A stretch of DNA of 64,000 bases from an uncultured Verrucomicrobiae bacterium (GCA_963764175.1 CAVXRE010000014.1:56833-120832), one strand, 5' to 3'; positions 30,937 to 41,797 are shown, counted from the first letter of the stretch. The notes: generated from the letters alone by a model not told the origin. Numbers and translations are program-made.

Positions 30937-31170
30937 TCAAACTGATTTTTTCCACGGCTGCAACGGCGGCGGGTCGAAGGCGGGAGCCGGTGGCACCTTC
31001 GGCATCAGGAACCAGAGAACAAAATAAACTATCACTCCGGCAAACGCGGTAAAAATGGTTGCCAAGACCCAGACCACGCGCAAACGAGCCGGCGACCACC
31101 CGAGATGTTTCGCCAGCCCGCCGCAAACTCCGGCGATCACCCGATTATTTTGCGAACGGCAGATTTTCAT
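30937..31170 (-). CDS. PspC-domain membrane protein
   Basis: VIAGVCGGLAKHLGWSPARLRVVWVL is the PspC signature. Confidence 0.7.
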   Translation of the reverse strand: MKICRSQNNRVIAGVCGGLAKHLGWSPARLRVVWVLATIFTAFAGVIVYFVLWFLMPKVPPAPAFDPPPLQPWKKSV

Positions 31171-31241
31171 ATTTTCGCTGGGAGGGTCGCCGTGCCGGCG
31201 ACCCGCTATTTTTGGACGGCGACACGCCGTCCTTCCAATTT

Positions 31242-32759
31242 TTATTTATCCTTGTCGTCATCCTTTTTCATCGCCTTTTTGAGCGCGGGAACCTGCTCCA
31301 GCAATTTCTCGAACTTCACGCCGGTCAGGGCTTCCAGCACGGGCGGCAACTGGCTGATGATGGTGGTCACGTCGCCGGTCAGCTTGCTCGCGCCGCCGCC
31401 GGGACCGTTGCCGCTGTTGATGATGACCATTTTCTCGGTCTTGGAGAGCGGCTCGCTGATCTTGCCCGCCACTTCCGGCAGCACGCGCACAATCATTTCG
31501 ATGACCGCCGCCTCGTTGTATTGCTTGAAGCTCTCGGCCTTGGCCTGCATCGCGGACGCCGTCGCCTTGCCCTGTGCCTCGATGACGGTGGCCTCGGCGA
31601 GACCACGCGCCTTGTTCGCATCAGCCTCGGCAATACCGGTGGCCTTGACGACGTCGGCGCCGGCAAAACCGGTCGCCTTGGTCGCGGAAGCAGCACCCGC
31701 CGCCTCGGTTTCAAGCTGGAATTTCTTGGCGTTGGCCAGCGTCTCGACCTTGTAACGCTCGGCGTCCGCGGGTTTTTGCACGGTGGCTTCGAGTTCGCGC
31801 TGTTTGCGCAGGATTTCCTGCTGCTGCAATTCAATCTGTTTCTGCTTTTCGATGATGCTCACCTGCACTTCCTCGGCCTTCACCAACTGGCCGGTCTTGA
31901 ATTTCTGCAAATCGTACGCGAGGTCGGCCTGGGCCTTCTGCTGGTTCACCGTGGCCTGATATTGTGCCACATTGGATTGATAATCGCGCTGCGCCTCGGC
32001 AATCTTGGTATCGGCGGCAAATTGCGCTTCCTGTCCGGCCTGCTTGGCCTGCGCGGACCGGATCTGTGAATCACGGTCGGCCTCGGCCTGGGCGATGATG
32101 GCGTCGCGTTTGACCTGGGCGATGCGCGGCTTGCCGAGCGCGTCGAGATAGCCCTGGCCGTCGCGGATGTCGCGGATGGTGAAGCTGATGATGTTGAGGC
32201 CCATGTTCGCCATGTCGCCTGCGGCCACTTCCTGGACTTTTTGGGCGAAGGCGTCGCGGTTTTGATAAATCTCCTCAACGGTCATCGTGCCGAGGATGGC
32301 GCGCAAATGGCCTTCGAGCGTTTGCGTGGCGATGTTGCGGATTTCATCGGTGCTTTTCCCCAGAAACTGCTCCGCCGCCGTGCGGATGGAAACGTCGTCG
32401 CCTTTGACCTTGGTTTGCGCGACGCCGTCCACCTTCACCGGCACGCCCTTGCTCGTGTAAACTTCCGGCGTCTGCACATCGATGGTCAGCAGCTCCAGCG
32501 AGAGGATGTCCACCTTCTCGAAAATCGGCCAGACGAACGTGCCGCCGCCCTTGACGATGCGAAAGCCGACCTTCGTGCCATCCAGCTCACGATGTTTGAT
32601 GCCGGACACGACCAACACCTGGTTCGGCCCGACCTTGGTGTAACGGCTGAACACCATGTACAAGAGCAGGAACACGACGATGACGATGACGACCGCGGCG
32701 ATGATGACGATGCCGCCCTGCATAAGGTCCAGTTCGGCCAGCAAGGGTGAGAGGTTCAT
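31242..32759 (-). CDS. flotillin / SPFH (band 7) family protein
   Basis: An N-terminal TM is followed by the SPFH domain and long coiled-coil EA-rich repeats typical of flotillin/YqiK. Confidence 0.85.
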   Translation of the reverse strand: MNLSPLLAELDLMQGGIVIIAAVVIVIVVFLLLYMVFSRYTKVGPNQVLVVSGIKHRELDGTKVGFRIVKGGGTFVWPIFEKVDILSLELLTIDVQTPEVYTSKGVPVKVDGVAQTKVKGDDVSIRTAAEQFLGKSTDEIRNIATQTLEGHLRAILGTMTVEEIYQNRDAFAQKVQEVAAGDMANMGLNIISFTIRDIRDGQGYLDALGKPRIAQVKRDAIIAQAEADRDSQIRSAQAKQAGQEAQFAADTKIAEAQRDYQSNVAQYQATVNQQKAQADLAYDLQKFKTGQLVKAEEVQVSIIEKQKQIELQQQEILRKQRELEATVQKPADAERYKVETLANAKKFQLETEAAGAASATKATGFAGADVVKATGIAEADANKARGLAEATVIEAQGKATASAMQAKAESFKQYNEAAVIEMIVRVLPEVAGKISEPLSKTEKMVIINSGNGPGGGASKLTGDVTTIISQLPPVLEALTGVKFEKLLEQVPALKKAMKKDDDKDK

Positions 32760-32791
32760 ATTAAGTTGGTGGTTGATAGTTCGGATTTAAA

Positions 32792-33343
32792 TCATTTGGT
32801 TGTCTGGACGTAAAACTGGGTTCCGACGATGCGGGTGATTTTGACGGTCCTGCCATTGGCCACTGCCGCGCTGTTTTCCGCACGGGCCGGCGCCGAATAA
32901 CGCGTCCCGCCCACGACGTAGGCGATTTCGCCCACGCCATTTTCCGGGATGGGAGTGATGACATTCGCCTCGGCGCCAATCAGGTTGGCGACGCGAGATT
33001 CACTGGAGCTTTGCGTATGGCGAAACACCGAGCGCAAAAAAATGAGCAGCACACCTGAAACCGCCAAACCACCGATGAGGGAAAGCGGAGCGCTGATTGC
33101 CGCGTTGCTCGTTTTTGGAAACTGCGTGAAAATGAGGCCGAAACCGCCGAAGGCCGTTATAAAGGAAGCCATGATTGTCGGACTGAAAATGGAGATGCCC
33201 GGCGCATCGCTGCTGTCCGCGCCCGCTTCCACGTGACCGCCGCTGCCAGCCACGTGGTCGCCATGCCCGAAAAAGTGTCCGGCCATGACACTGACCATTG
33301 TGAAGATTAGACCGGCCACCAGACAGATTCCATAGACTATCAT
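32792..33343 (-). CDS. NfeD-like membrane protein (flotillin partner)
   Basis: Multi-TM N-terminus plus a C-terminal OB-fold-like soluble domain. Its position upstream of flotillin is conserved. Confidence 0.6.
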   Translation of the reverse strand: MIVYGICLVAGLIFTMVSVMAGHFFGHGDHVAGSGGHVEAGADSSDAPGISIFSPTIMASFITAFGGFGLIFTQFPKTSNAAISAPLSLIGGLAVSGVLLIFLRSVFRHTQSSSESRVANLIGAEANVITPIPENGVGEIAYVVGGTRYSAPARAENSAAVANGRTVKITRIVGTQFYVQTTK

Positions 33344-33557
33344 AAGCCCTCGCTGAGTTGATGTTTGCGCGAGTAAAATCCCAACCCGCTCCCAACGCAA
33401 GCAGGAAAGGTGGATCGGTTGTCGCCGGTTTGATTCATATTTCACGCCTATCAAACATCAGTATTGCCAAAACCGCATCTATAAACTGGCGGCGGATTTG
33501 TAAGGCGCCCTTTGCCCCTTGATCTTGGTGCCAATCTTAATCTGCTGATCGGCGGTT

Positions 33558-34142
33558 ATGATTAAGAAGAAGATTAAAATTACAGCGGAATACGGCCGCT
33601 TCCCGCTTGCCAATCGGCTGTGGCTTTTTCATTGTCTTGTCATGCAATCCTACGAACTCTTGCGCGAGGTATTTGAAAACAAGACGCCCAAACAGGTCGC
33701 CGCCGACCTCGGCCTGTCGCTTTCGATGGTTTATAAATGGGCCGAACCGCCGAACCACGCCTCAGGCAGCGGCACGGGCAATCCGCTGGACCGCATTGAA
33801 GCGCTGCTCACAAGCACCGGCGATCACCGGCTTGTTCAATGGATTTGCCAGCGCGCCGGGGGCTTTTTCATTCTGAATCCCAAAAACACGCCGCATCCGC
33901 ATTACCTGATTCCGGCCACGAACCAGATCGTCCAGGAATTTGCCGACCTGCTGCATGTCATTGCCGCCGCCACCGCCGATGACGCAATCACGCAGCCGGA
34001 ATCCAGGGAAATTCGCGCGCGATGGGAGGAATTGAAGACGGTGACGGAAGGTTTTGTGGCCTGCTGCGAAGAGGGAAATTTCAGTCACATTCGAAATCAC
34101 GCCTCAAAACACGCGGCGTCAAAAGCGAATGAGAAACATTGA
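33558..34142 (+). CDS. putative phage CII-like helix-turn-helix regulator
   Basis: KQVAADLGLSLSMVYKWAEP resembles the CII-family HTH. No other domain. Confidence 0.35.
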   Translation: MIKKKIKITAEYGRFPLANRLWLFHCLVMQSYELLREVFENKTPKQVAADLGLSLSMVYKWAEPPNHASGSGTGNPLDRIEALLTSTGDHRLVQWICQRAGGFFILNPKNTPHPHYLIPATNQIVQEFADLLHVIAAATADDAITQPESREIRARWEELKTVTEGFVACCEEGNFSHIRNHASKHAASKANEKH

Positions 34143-34889
34143 AGTCCTTATCGAAAAACTTTTCAGGCAGAGTCCTAATTTCACCGCAGACGATATTTTA
34201 ACCAGAACGATATGATAAGCCCCGCTAGAATGATGAACCACATGAACAGCACCCACCATATTTTCAGCTCTTGAACACTCATTTTAATACGCGCACAGGT
34301 TGCGGCAATTCATCGTTGTTTTGCGCGTTCCGCCATCTGCCGTTTTCATCCCGGTAAGCCATGCAAGTAAAGTTGACCCCTTGAACCATGACAAATCTAA
34401 TGATAAATGGCGATGGGCGTTTCTGGCCCGTCGCCGTGGTGCGGTACTTTGCGCATCTTTTGCGGAGTTTTAATGCCATGTTCTGATGATTTTTCTCGTT
34501 TACTTCACGAGACAAAGACTTCATTTCAATCAATCAACGGACCCGGCGTCCCAAACGACACCGGCAAACATTATGAGTCAGGCAATGGACAACCTCAGGC
34601 TATCGCGGAAGTGGTGAGAGCGACAACTGCCCTTTGGGGCAATGGCATAATGCGTTTCTGCAAAAGTTGTTTTTGGGCAAAAAAAGCGCAGCCCAAATAA
34701 CCAAGCTGCACCTCAAACATAAGTCATCCGGCAACATGAGATTGCCGGGCACAGAAACCAAAGCAACCAGAGCCACTCCAACAACTGCTCTTTGCGGCAG
34801 GTGTAGTAAGGTGTAGTAATAACCTGCTTCGGTGGAAAATATTCACCCGATCTGCGAGTGAAATCTGGCGATTCTCGAATGGCGCCGGC

Positions 34890-35543
34890 TCAGTTGGTGC
34901 GTCCGCTGTTCCGTGTCTTGAACAGACCCGCTTCATCCACAAGGCGCGTCAGTTCCGCCACTGATTGCACCTGCAATTTTCTCGTGATGTTTGTCCGGTG
35001 CAACTTCACGGTGCGTTCATTGATATCCAGTTCGGAGGCAATTTGCTTGTTCATCCGGCCCCGCACCACGTGCTCCAACACCTCCAGTTCGCGCTCGCTA
35101 AGCTCATTAAAACGACGGCGCAAATCCCGCAATTGTTCACGCTGACGCCGTTCCTGTGCGTCCCGTTCCATCGCCCGCTCAACCGCCGCCAGCAACTCCT
35201 CCTTCCGGGCACGCTTCGTCAAAAAATCCTCCGCTCCGCCCCGCATCGCGCTCACCGTTGTCGGAATGTCACCCTGGCCGGTCAAAAAAACTATGGGCAA
35301 TGGATTTGCAGAACACCTCAACGCCTCCTGCAATTCCAATCCGTCCATCCCAGGCATCTGCAGATCGGCCACGACGCAGCCGGGCATCTCCGGGGCCAGC
35401 CGGTCCAGAAATTCCTGCGCCGAGGCAAAAGCCTGCACGTGGTAACCGACCGCGCTCAGCAAACGGGACACCGACTTCAGGAAGGACGCGTCGTCATCCA
35501 CGATGAAAACGGTACCGGATCGGCGGTAAAGAGTGGCAGTCAT
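34890..35543 (-). CDS. response regulator, FixJ/NarL (LuxR-type HTH) family
   Basis: Receiver domain (VFIVDDD...) plus a C-terminal LuxR HTH (LSERELEVL...IASEL). Confidence 0.85.
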   Translation of the reverse strand: MTATLYRRSGTVFIVDDDASFLKSVSRLLSAVGYHVQAFASAQEFLDRLAPEMPGCVVADLQMPGMDGLELQEALRCSANPLPIVFLTGQGDIPTTVSAMRGGAEDFLTKRARKEELLAAVERAMERDAQERRQREQLRDLRRRFNELSERELEVLEHVVRGRMNKQIASELDINERTVKLHRTNITRKLQVQSVAELTRLVDEAGLFKTRNSGRTN

Positions 35544-35560
35544 GACTCTGATTTTAAGCT

Positions 35561-37465
35561 TCAATGGCTCGCTGGCAAGCCGCCATCCTCCGCCTTCGCC
35601 GGGTTCCACCGCGGCAGGGTGAACGTGGCCGTTGTTCCGCCATCCGCGTTGCCGTCTACACGGATGTTTCCGCCGTGCGCTTCGATGATGGTCTTTGAAA
35701 TGGCCAGTCCCATGCCCATCCCATTGGGTTTCGTGGTGAAGAATGGCTCAAAAATGTGTGCGACATCACCCGGCGCAATGCCGGTTCCGCAATCACTCAC
35801 CGCCACTTGCAGATTGCCATTCTCCGCCTCGCCAATCCGCACGGCCAATGACCGCCGGGACTTGGGAATGGCGTCCATCGCATCCATACCATTCAAGACG
35901 AGGTTCAGCAACACTTGCTGCAAATGCACCCGGTCTCCCCGCACCGGCGGCAAGTGCGGCGATGTTTGCAGAGACAATTTGATTTGCCTCGCCTCGACAT
36001 CGGGTTGAATCAGGACGACCGTGTCTTCCACCAGATCGCGCAAATCCAAACGGCTCAACACCAGGCTCCGCCGCTTGAACAAAGTCCGCATGCGATCAAC
36101 CACGTTTCCCGCCCGGCTGGCGTCCCGGTGGATATCGGTCATTATTGCCCGGACTTCCTCCAGATTGGGCCGGTCGTTCTGGAGAAATATTTCCGCCGCT
36201 TCCGTGTTTCGCAAAATGGCGCCCAGCGGCTGATTAAGCTCATGGGTCAACGACGATGACAATTGGCCCATCGTTGAAACCCTGGCCACATGCGTCAGTT
36301 CCGTTCGCTGCTGCTGAATTTCCGCCTCAGCCCGGCGGCGCTGCCTCCGTTGCACCAGCAACGCCGCGATGGTTATCGCCTGCGCCAGCAAAACCGTCCC
36401 CGCGAACAGAATCAGTGCCTGATGCTCCTCCCACATTGAATGCGGGCGGTAGCGGACCACGCAATTCACCGGCAACCGGCTTTGTTTTATGTCCCAGCGT
36501 TTCAGCGCGCGCCAGTCAACCATGGGGGTTCCATTCGTCCGCACCTCGATGGGGATCTGGTTCACGGGTGTTCCCGCCAGCGCCTTTTCCGCCAGCCTGC
36601 CGGCCAGTGTCCCAAGACTCTCAAAATCCACGACGGACCCGCCCGTTGCGCCCGTGCCAATCAGTCCGGCCCCCAACACGTACACCGGCACGCTGGCGGA
36701 GGGAGCCAGCATTTCGGCAATCTGCAAAGTGTAGAATGGCTGGCCGGTCACATCGCGCTGCTGCACCGGGGAGAGCAGAATGACCGTGTCCTCCGGCAAC
36801 GACGCCGCAGCCTCCCGCATTTCCGCCATCGGCCGGTTTGTCCAGAACTCGAATTTCACGCCGTCCACGGACTCGGCGGTCTTTCGGATGCGGTCCAAAA
36901 TGATCTGGTCCGTTCTTGAGACCCCGCTTACCACAACCACGCGGCGCGTTTCGGGTTGCAGTTGAAAGATGAATTTTATCGTCCCCTGAATATCGTAACG
37001 CTGGACGATTCCCGTGAAGGGGCGACGGCCGAGTGTGCCCGGCACTTCCAGCTCGTTCACCGCCACAAAAACGGCAGGCAGGTTGGAAACCACGGACGAC
37101 GGCAGCTCGTCTGCCAGCGAGAAGTCCCGCGCCATGAACGCCATCACCAGATCAAGGTTCTGCCCCGAGTATTTATCCCTCAGGTAATTTTCGAACTGCG
37201 GGTAATAGCTTGGATTTGAAAAATGACTGGCATCAAGGCTTTCGGTGAAGAACTCGACCGGGTTTGTGCTGTGCGCCAGCATTTCCGCCTGCACGGCTTG
37301 TTGCATCATCATGTTGCCCGGCAGGTCTCTCCCTTCGCTAAAAATCATCAGCACCCGTTTTACCCGCAAACCTTGCGCGCCATTTGAACCTTGCGCATGG
37401 CAGACCCGTGCTTCATCAGACATTAAACTGAAAACCAGTGCCGCCACCAAAACCCATCCGGGCAT
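35561..37465 (-). CDS. sensor histidine kinase with periplasmic ABC-substrate-binding-protein-like domain
   Basis: The periplasmic domain lies between an N-terminal signal/TM and a second TM. It is followed by HisKA (HELNQPLGAI) and HATPase (GTGIAPGD...GMGLAI) motifs. Confidence 0.8.
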   Translation of the reverse strand: MPGWVLVAALVFSLMSDEARVCHAQGSNGAQGLRVKRVLMIFSEGRDLPGNMMMQQAVQAEMLAHSTNPVEFFTESLDASHFSNPSYYPQFENYLRDKYSGQNLDLVMAFMARDFSLADELPSSVVSNLPAVFVAVNELEVPGTLGRRPFTGIVQRYDIQGTIKFIFQLQPETRRVVVVSGVSRTDQIILDRIRKTAESVDGVKFEFWTNRPMAEMREAAASLPEDTVILLSPVQQRDVTGQPFYTLQIAEMLAPSASVPVYVLGAGLIGTGATGGSVVDFESLGTLAGRLAEKALAGTPVNQIPIEVRTNGTPMVDWRALKRWDIKQSRLPVNCVVRYRPHSMWEEHQALILFAGTVLLAQAITIAALLVQRRQRRRAEAEIQQQRTELTHVARVSTMGQLSSSLTHELNQPLGAILRNTEAAEIFLQNDRPNLEEVRAIMTDIHRDASRAGNVVDRMRTLFKRRSLVLSRLDLRDLVEDTVVLIQPDVEARQIKLSLQTSPHLPPVRGDRVHLQQVLLNLVLNGMDAMDAIPKSRRSLAVRIGEAENGNLQVAVSDCGTGIAPGDVAHIFEPFFTTKPNGMGMGLAISKTIIEAHGGNIRVDGNADGGTTATFTLPRWNPAKAEDGGLPASH

Positions 37466-37588
37466 CCGGCTCGACCGCGGGAAAAACTGGCTGGGACAAT
37501 TCAAATTGGAACGAGCATGTTCTTGCAGCCGCCTTTTTTCAAGCCTCATGCGGCGCTTGCGCTCGTCTTCTCAATTCCAAAAGGCAGA

Positions 37589-39010
37589 TCATCCCCCCGC
37601 CTTTTTCTTCGTGAATGAGTGCGTCGCGTGGCCGTAAAAAACGTCCGCGCATTCCATCAGCGTCTCGGACAGCGTCGGATGCGGATGCACGGTCAGCGCA
37701 ATGTCCGCGGCGGTCGCGCCCATTTCCAGCGCCAGCACGGCTTCGGAAATCAATTCGCCCGCGCCCGCGCCCACGATGCCCACGCCCAGCACCCGGTCGC
37801 TTTCGGGATCAATCAACATTTTCGTCAGACCGTCCGTCCGATCAAATGACATCGCCCGGCCCGATGCCGCCCACGGGAATTTCGCCACCTCGTATTTCAC
37901 GCCGCGTTCCTTCGCCTCGGCTTCGGTCAAACCGCACCATGCAAGTTCGGGATCGGTGAAGACCACCGCCGGAATGACGACGTGCTCAAACACGCTGTTC
38001 TCGCCGTTGATGACCTCGACGGCTATGCGCGCTTCCTTGTGCGCCTTGTGCGCCAGCAAAATGCCGCCCGCGATGTCGCCGATGGCGTAAATGTTCGGGT
38101 CATTGGTTTGTTGACGTTCGTTGACCTTCACGAACCCTTTTTCATCGAGTTCTACCTTGGTGTTCTCAAGTCCGAGATCGGCGCTGTTCGGTGACCGGCC
38201 CACGGCCACAAGCACACGGTCGTAAAGTTCGGACACCTTCTGGCCGTTGTGTTCCATCTCAACCTTGATCTGCTTGCCGGCAGTGGCCATTTTCACGACC
38301 TTCGCCTTGAGCCGGATTTCCTTGAACATTTTCTTCGCGTTGGCCACGACGGGCCGCGCGAGGTCGGGGTCGGCGCCGGCGAGCACAGCGTCGAGCGCTT
38401 CAACGAGCGTGATTTTGCTGCCCAGCGCGGCATAGACGGTGCCGAGTTCCATGCCAATGTAGCCGCCGCCCACAACCAGCAGATTCTCCGGAATGTCCTC
38501 AACTTCAAGCGCCTCGGTCGAAGTCATGATGCGTGGATTGCCAAGGTCGAACACCTTGGGCATGGCGGCGACCGAACCGACGGCGAGAATTGCCTGGTCA
38601 TATTGGATGAACTGCTGACCCTGCTCCGTCTCGACGCGCAACGTCTGTGAACCTTCAAAATAACCGCGTCCTTGAATCACCTGCACACCGCGCATTTTGG
38701 CAAGCGATGCAACACCGCCGCCGAGTTTTTCCAAGATGGATTCTTTCCAAGCGCGGAGCTTCGACAAATCCAACGCCGGCGGTGCGAATGTAATGCCGCG
38801 GTGTTCGGAATCCTTTGCCGCTGTGATCTGGTGCGTCGCGTAGAGGAGCGCCTTCGACGGAATGCAACCGCGATTCAGGCAAACTCCGCCCAGCCGTTTC
38901 TCGCGCTCGACCAGAATGACCTTTTTGCCGAGGTCGGCGGCATAAAATGCAGCCGCGTATCCGCCCGGCCCCGCGCCGACAACCACAATTTGAGTTTTAA
39001 TCGGATCCAT
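37589..39010 (-). CDS. lpdA: dihydrolipoyl dehydrogenase (E3)
   Basis: FAD motif VVGAGPGGY and redox-active GGVCLNRGCIPSK. Confidence 0.9.
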   Translation of the reverse strand: MDPIKTQIVVVGAGPGGYAAAFYAADLGKKVILVEREKRLGGVCLNRGCIPSKALLYATHQITAAKDSEHRGITFAPPALDLSKLRAWKESILEKLGGGVASLAKMRGVQVIQGRGYFEGSQTLRVETEQGQQFIQYDQAILAVGSVAAMPKVFDLGNPRIMTSTEALEVEDIPENLLVVGGGYIGMELGTVYAALGSKITLVEALDAVLAGADPDLARPVVANAKKMFKEIRLKAKVVKMATAGKQIKVEMEHNGQKVSELYDRVLVAVGRSPNSADLGLENTKVELDEKGFVKVNERQQTNDPNIYAIGDIAGGILLAHKAHKEARIAVEVINGENSVFEHVVIPAVVFTDPELAWCGLTEAEAKERGVKYEVAKFPWAASGRAMSFDRTDGLTKMLIDPESDRVLGVGIVGAGAGELISEAVLALEMGATAADIALTVHPHPTLSETLMECADVFYGHATHSFTKKKAGG

Positions 39011-39079
39011 AGTTAAACTTTTTGTTCGTCCCCAATCTTGCACATGTTCATTCGATTGCCAGAACGAGAACAAGGTGAA

Positions 39080-40339
39080 TTAAAATTTGGCTTTTTCCTC
39101 TTTAAAATCCTGCAATGCGGCCACGAGGTCCACGATGAACCGCGCCGCTTCGCCGCCGTCAATAACGCGGTGATCATAGGACAGGCTCAGCGGTGTCATC
39201 ATGCGCACTTCAACCTTGCCGTCGCGAACGACCGGCTTCATCGCGCCGCGGCCCAGACCGAGAATGGCCACCTGCGGCTTGTTCACGATGGGCGTGAAAT
39301 GCGCGCCGCCGATCGCGCCCTGATTTGATATGGTGAACGTGCCGCCCTTGAGTTCTTCGGCGGTCACCTTCCGGTCACGCGCCTTTTGCGCGAGCTGTTC
39401 CAGTTCCTTCACCAGTTCGAGCATGGATTTCTTGTCCACGTCGCGGATGACCGGCACAATCAAGCCCTGCTCCGTGTCCACCGCGATGCCGATGTGATAA
39501 TAATTCTTGATGACAATTTCATTGGCCGCCTCGTCGAGGCTGGAGTTGAAAATCGGGTGCTTCTTCAGCGTCTCCACCAGCGCCTTGAGCACAAATGGCG
39601 TCAGCGTGAGCTTCACGCCTTTCTTTTCGTAGGCCGGGGCGAATTTTTTGCGCAACGCGTTCAGTTGCGTAAAGTCCGCGTCGTCAAACTGGGTGACGTG
39701 CGGAATCGTGGTCCAGTTTTCCGACATCCGGCGCGCAATCACCTGGCGCAACGGCGTTACCGGCTTTTTTGTCACCGGCCCCCATTGGGAAAAATCAATT
39801 TGTTCGGCGGCGGGCTTCGCAGGAGCGGCCCCGGCGGCGGGCCTGGGCTTGTCCGCCGTCTTTTGCAAACGTGCAATGTAAGCACGGATGTCACCGATGC
39901 CGATGCGCCCGCCCGCTTCGCTGCCGCGGACCCGGCTCAAATCAAGACCCAGTTCACGCGCGAGCTTGCGCACGGACGGCGACGCGACGGGCGCGGCCAC
40001 CCTTTGCGGGATTTCCTCCTCCTCAACCTTGGATTCTTCGGCCTCAACTTCGGGTTCCGGTTCCGGTCTGGCATATTTTGCGGCGGGCGCGGCGGCAGGC
40101 ACCGGTTCTCCGCCGCTCAATGAAATCAGGCGCTGGCCGACGGTGATCTTGTCACCGGGCTTGACATGAATTTTCGTGACGACGCCGGCCGCCGTGGACG
40201 GAATCGAGGCCACGGCCTTTTCGTTTTCCAATTCCAGAATGGCCTGGTCCTTGGCGACCGTGTCGCCTTCCTTCACGAAGACGTTGACCACGACGCCCGA
40301 ATCCGCGCCCTCACCTAATTTGGGAAGTTTTACATCCAT
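39080..40339 (-). CDS. dihydrolipoamide acyltransferase (E2 component of a 2-oxo acid dehydrogenase complex)
   Basis: Lipoyl domain (ELENEKA...), E3-binding domain, and catalytic DHRVIDG motif. Confidence 0.9.
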   Translation of the reverse strand: MDVKLPKLGEGADSGVVVNVFVKEGDTVAKDQAILELENEKAVASIPSTAAGVVTKIHVKPGDKITVGQRLISLSGGEPVPAAAPAAKYARPEPEPEVEAEESKVEEEEIPQRVAAPVASPSVRKLARELGLDLSRVRGSEAGGRIGIGDIRAYIARLQKTADKPRPAAGAAPAKPAAEQIDFSQWGPVTKKPVTPLRQVIARRMSENWTTIPHVTQFDDADFTQLNALRKKFAPAYEKKGVKLTLTPFVLKALVETLKKHPIFNSSLDEAANEIVIKNYYHIGIAVDTEQGLIVPVIRDVDKKSMLELVKELEQLAQKARDRKVTAEELKGGTFTISNQGAIGGAHFTPIVNKPQVAILGLGRGAMKPVVRDGKVEVRMMTPLSLSYDHRVIDGGEAARFIVDLVAALQDFKEEKAKF

Positions 40340-40456
40340 AAATTAACAGGCTGAATACTTTGGAGAAATGCGCCTCCTTTTTCCAGAAATAAATTCTCCA
40401 CGAATAGAACATTGATTGCCCTGATGGACCAGTATTTGCAGAAAGGCTTCGAATGA

Positions 40457-41665
40457 CTAAGGGGTTTTAAGCCGATAGAAGGCATCACCGGCGGAAATGG
40501 GTAAAGTCACCTGATTTTGCAGGTTCGTAAAATTAAGCACGGGCGAGTTGGTTGCGTCCGTCCAATTCGTCGTGGTCAGATCTGTATTCTGCTGCAACAC
40601 AAAATTTGTCGAAGGCACAATCCAAGAAAGCGTGAGGTTGGTGTCGGAAGGTGCAATGTTCAAAAACGACTCGGGAATGGATTGCAGAGTGTAGATACCC
40701 CCGCTGAAGGTACCCCCACTGAAAGAGCTTCCCGCTGTCAACTTGTTTCCATCCGCTGAGGATGAGACAGAACGCCATGGATAACCAGAGGGCACATTGT
40801 TCGACATCCAAGTAACCCCATAATCAGTCGAGGTATAAATTGTTCCACCGAATGAACTCCCAGCCCCCGCAATTAATCTGGCCCCATCCGCCGAGGAAGC
40901 GACGGATTCCCAATTGTTGCTCGGCGCACCGGTTTCTATCCAAGTTGTTCCTGAATTTGTTGAGATGTAAATGCCGCCGAGATTACCGAAGCCCGCCGCT
41001 GCTACCACCTTGTTGCCATCCGCCGAGGAAGCGATGGCTGCCAGCCATCCGGCAGGTGCATTATTCGACATCCATGTAGCTCCAGAATTACTCGATGTGT
41101 ACATTCCATAAAACCCCGCCGCCACCAGCTTGTTCCCGTCGGCCGAAGAGGCAACGGCTCCCCAATAATCAATGGGCGTGCTGCTCGCTGTCCAAGTAAT
41201 TCCCGAGTTCGTTGAGATATAAAGCGGGGTAAAATCACTCGCCGCTGCCACTAATTTGCTGCCATCGGCGGAAGATGCGAAGGAAATCCAATCTGTGTTG
41301 GGCAGAACAGTCGTAGTCCAATCTGCTCCCGAATTTGTTGAGACGTAAACGCCGCCACCGGCAACCCCCACAATCAATCTGCTTCCATCCGCCGAAGCGG
41401 CAGCAGAATACAGATTAGGACTGGGCGCATTATTCGAAGTCCAAGTCGCCCCCCAATTTGTTGAAATGTAAATGCCGCCGCTACCGCCAACCACCGCTAT
41501 TAATTTGCTCCCGTCAGCTGACGACATGACTGCCTGCCACGAGTAATTGGTGGGCGCGCTGGTCTGAGTCCACGTTTGAGCGAATCCAGGATTAACGGCG
41601 GCGAACAGGCTGCCATAAAAAGTCACGAGTAACAGCCGCAGTTGCTTTTTCATGATTAATGACAT
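40457..41665 (-). CDS. secreted BNR/Asp-box repeat beta-propeller protein (Ycf48-like)
   Basis: Signal peptide. There are seven or more S-T-N/D-x-G-x-T/D-W repeats (STNWGATW, STNSGADW, STNSGITW ...). Confidence 0.6.
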   Translation of the reverse strand: MSLIMKKQLRLLLVTFYGSLFAAVNPGFAQTWTQTSAPTNYSWQAVMSSADGSKLIAVVGGSGGIYISTNWGATWTSNNAPSPNLYSAAASADGSRLIVGVAGGGVYVSTNSGADWTTTVLPNTDWISFASSADGSKLVAAASDFTPLYISTNSGITWTASSTPIDYWGAVASSADGNKLVAAGFYGMYTSSNSGATWMSNNAPAGWLAAIASSADGNKVVAAAGFGNLGGIYISTNSGTTWIETGAPSNNWESVASSADGARLIAGAGSSFGGTIYTSTDYGVTWMSNNVPSGYPWRSVSSSADGNKLTAGSSFSGGTFSGGIYTLQSIPESFLNIAPSDTNLTLSWIVPSTNFVLQQNTDLTTTNWTDATNSPVLNFTNLQNQVTLPISAGDAFYRLKTP

Positions 41666-41797
41666 ATCGCGTCGTTCGTTGGAAAAGACAAGAAAATTTC
41701 CCGTGAATGGGTTGCTGCCTTCTGCTTCAGAGGACGGAGTCCTACGTGCCTCGATTAAGTTTTGGACTCGCAACGGGCGTCACTCCGCGCTGCCACT

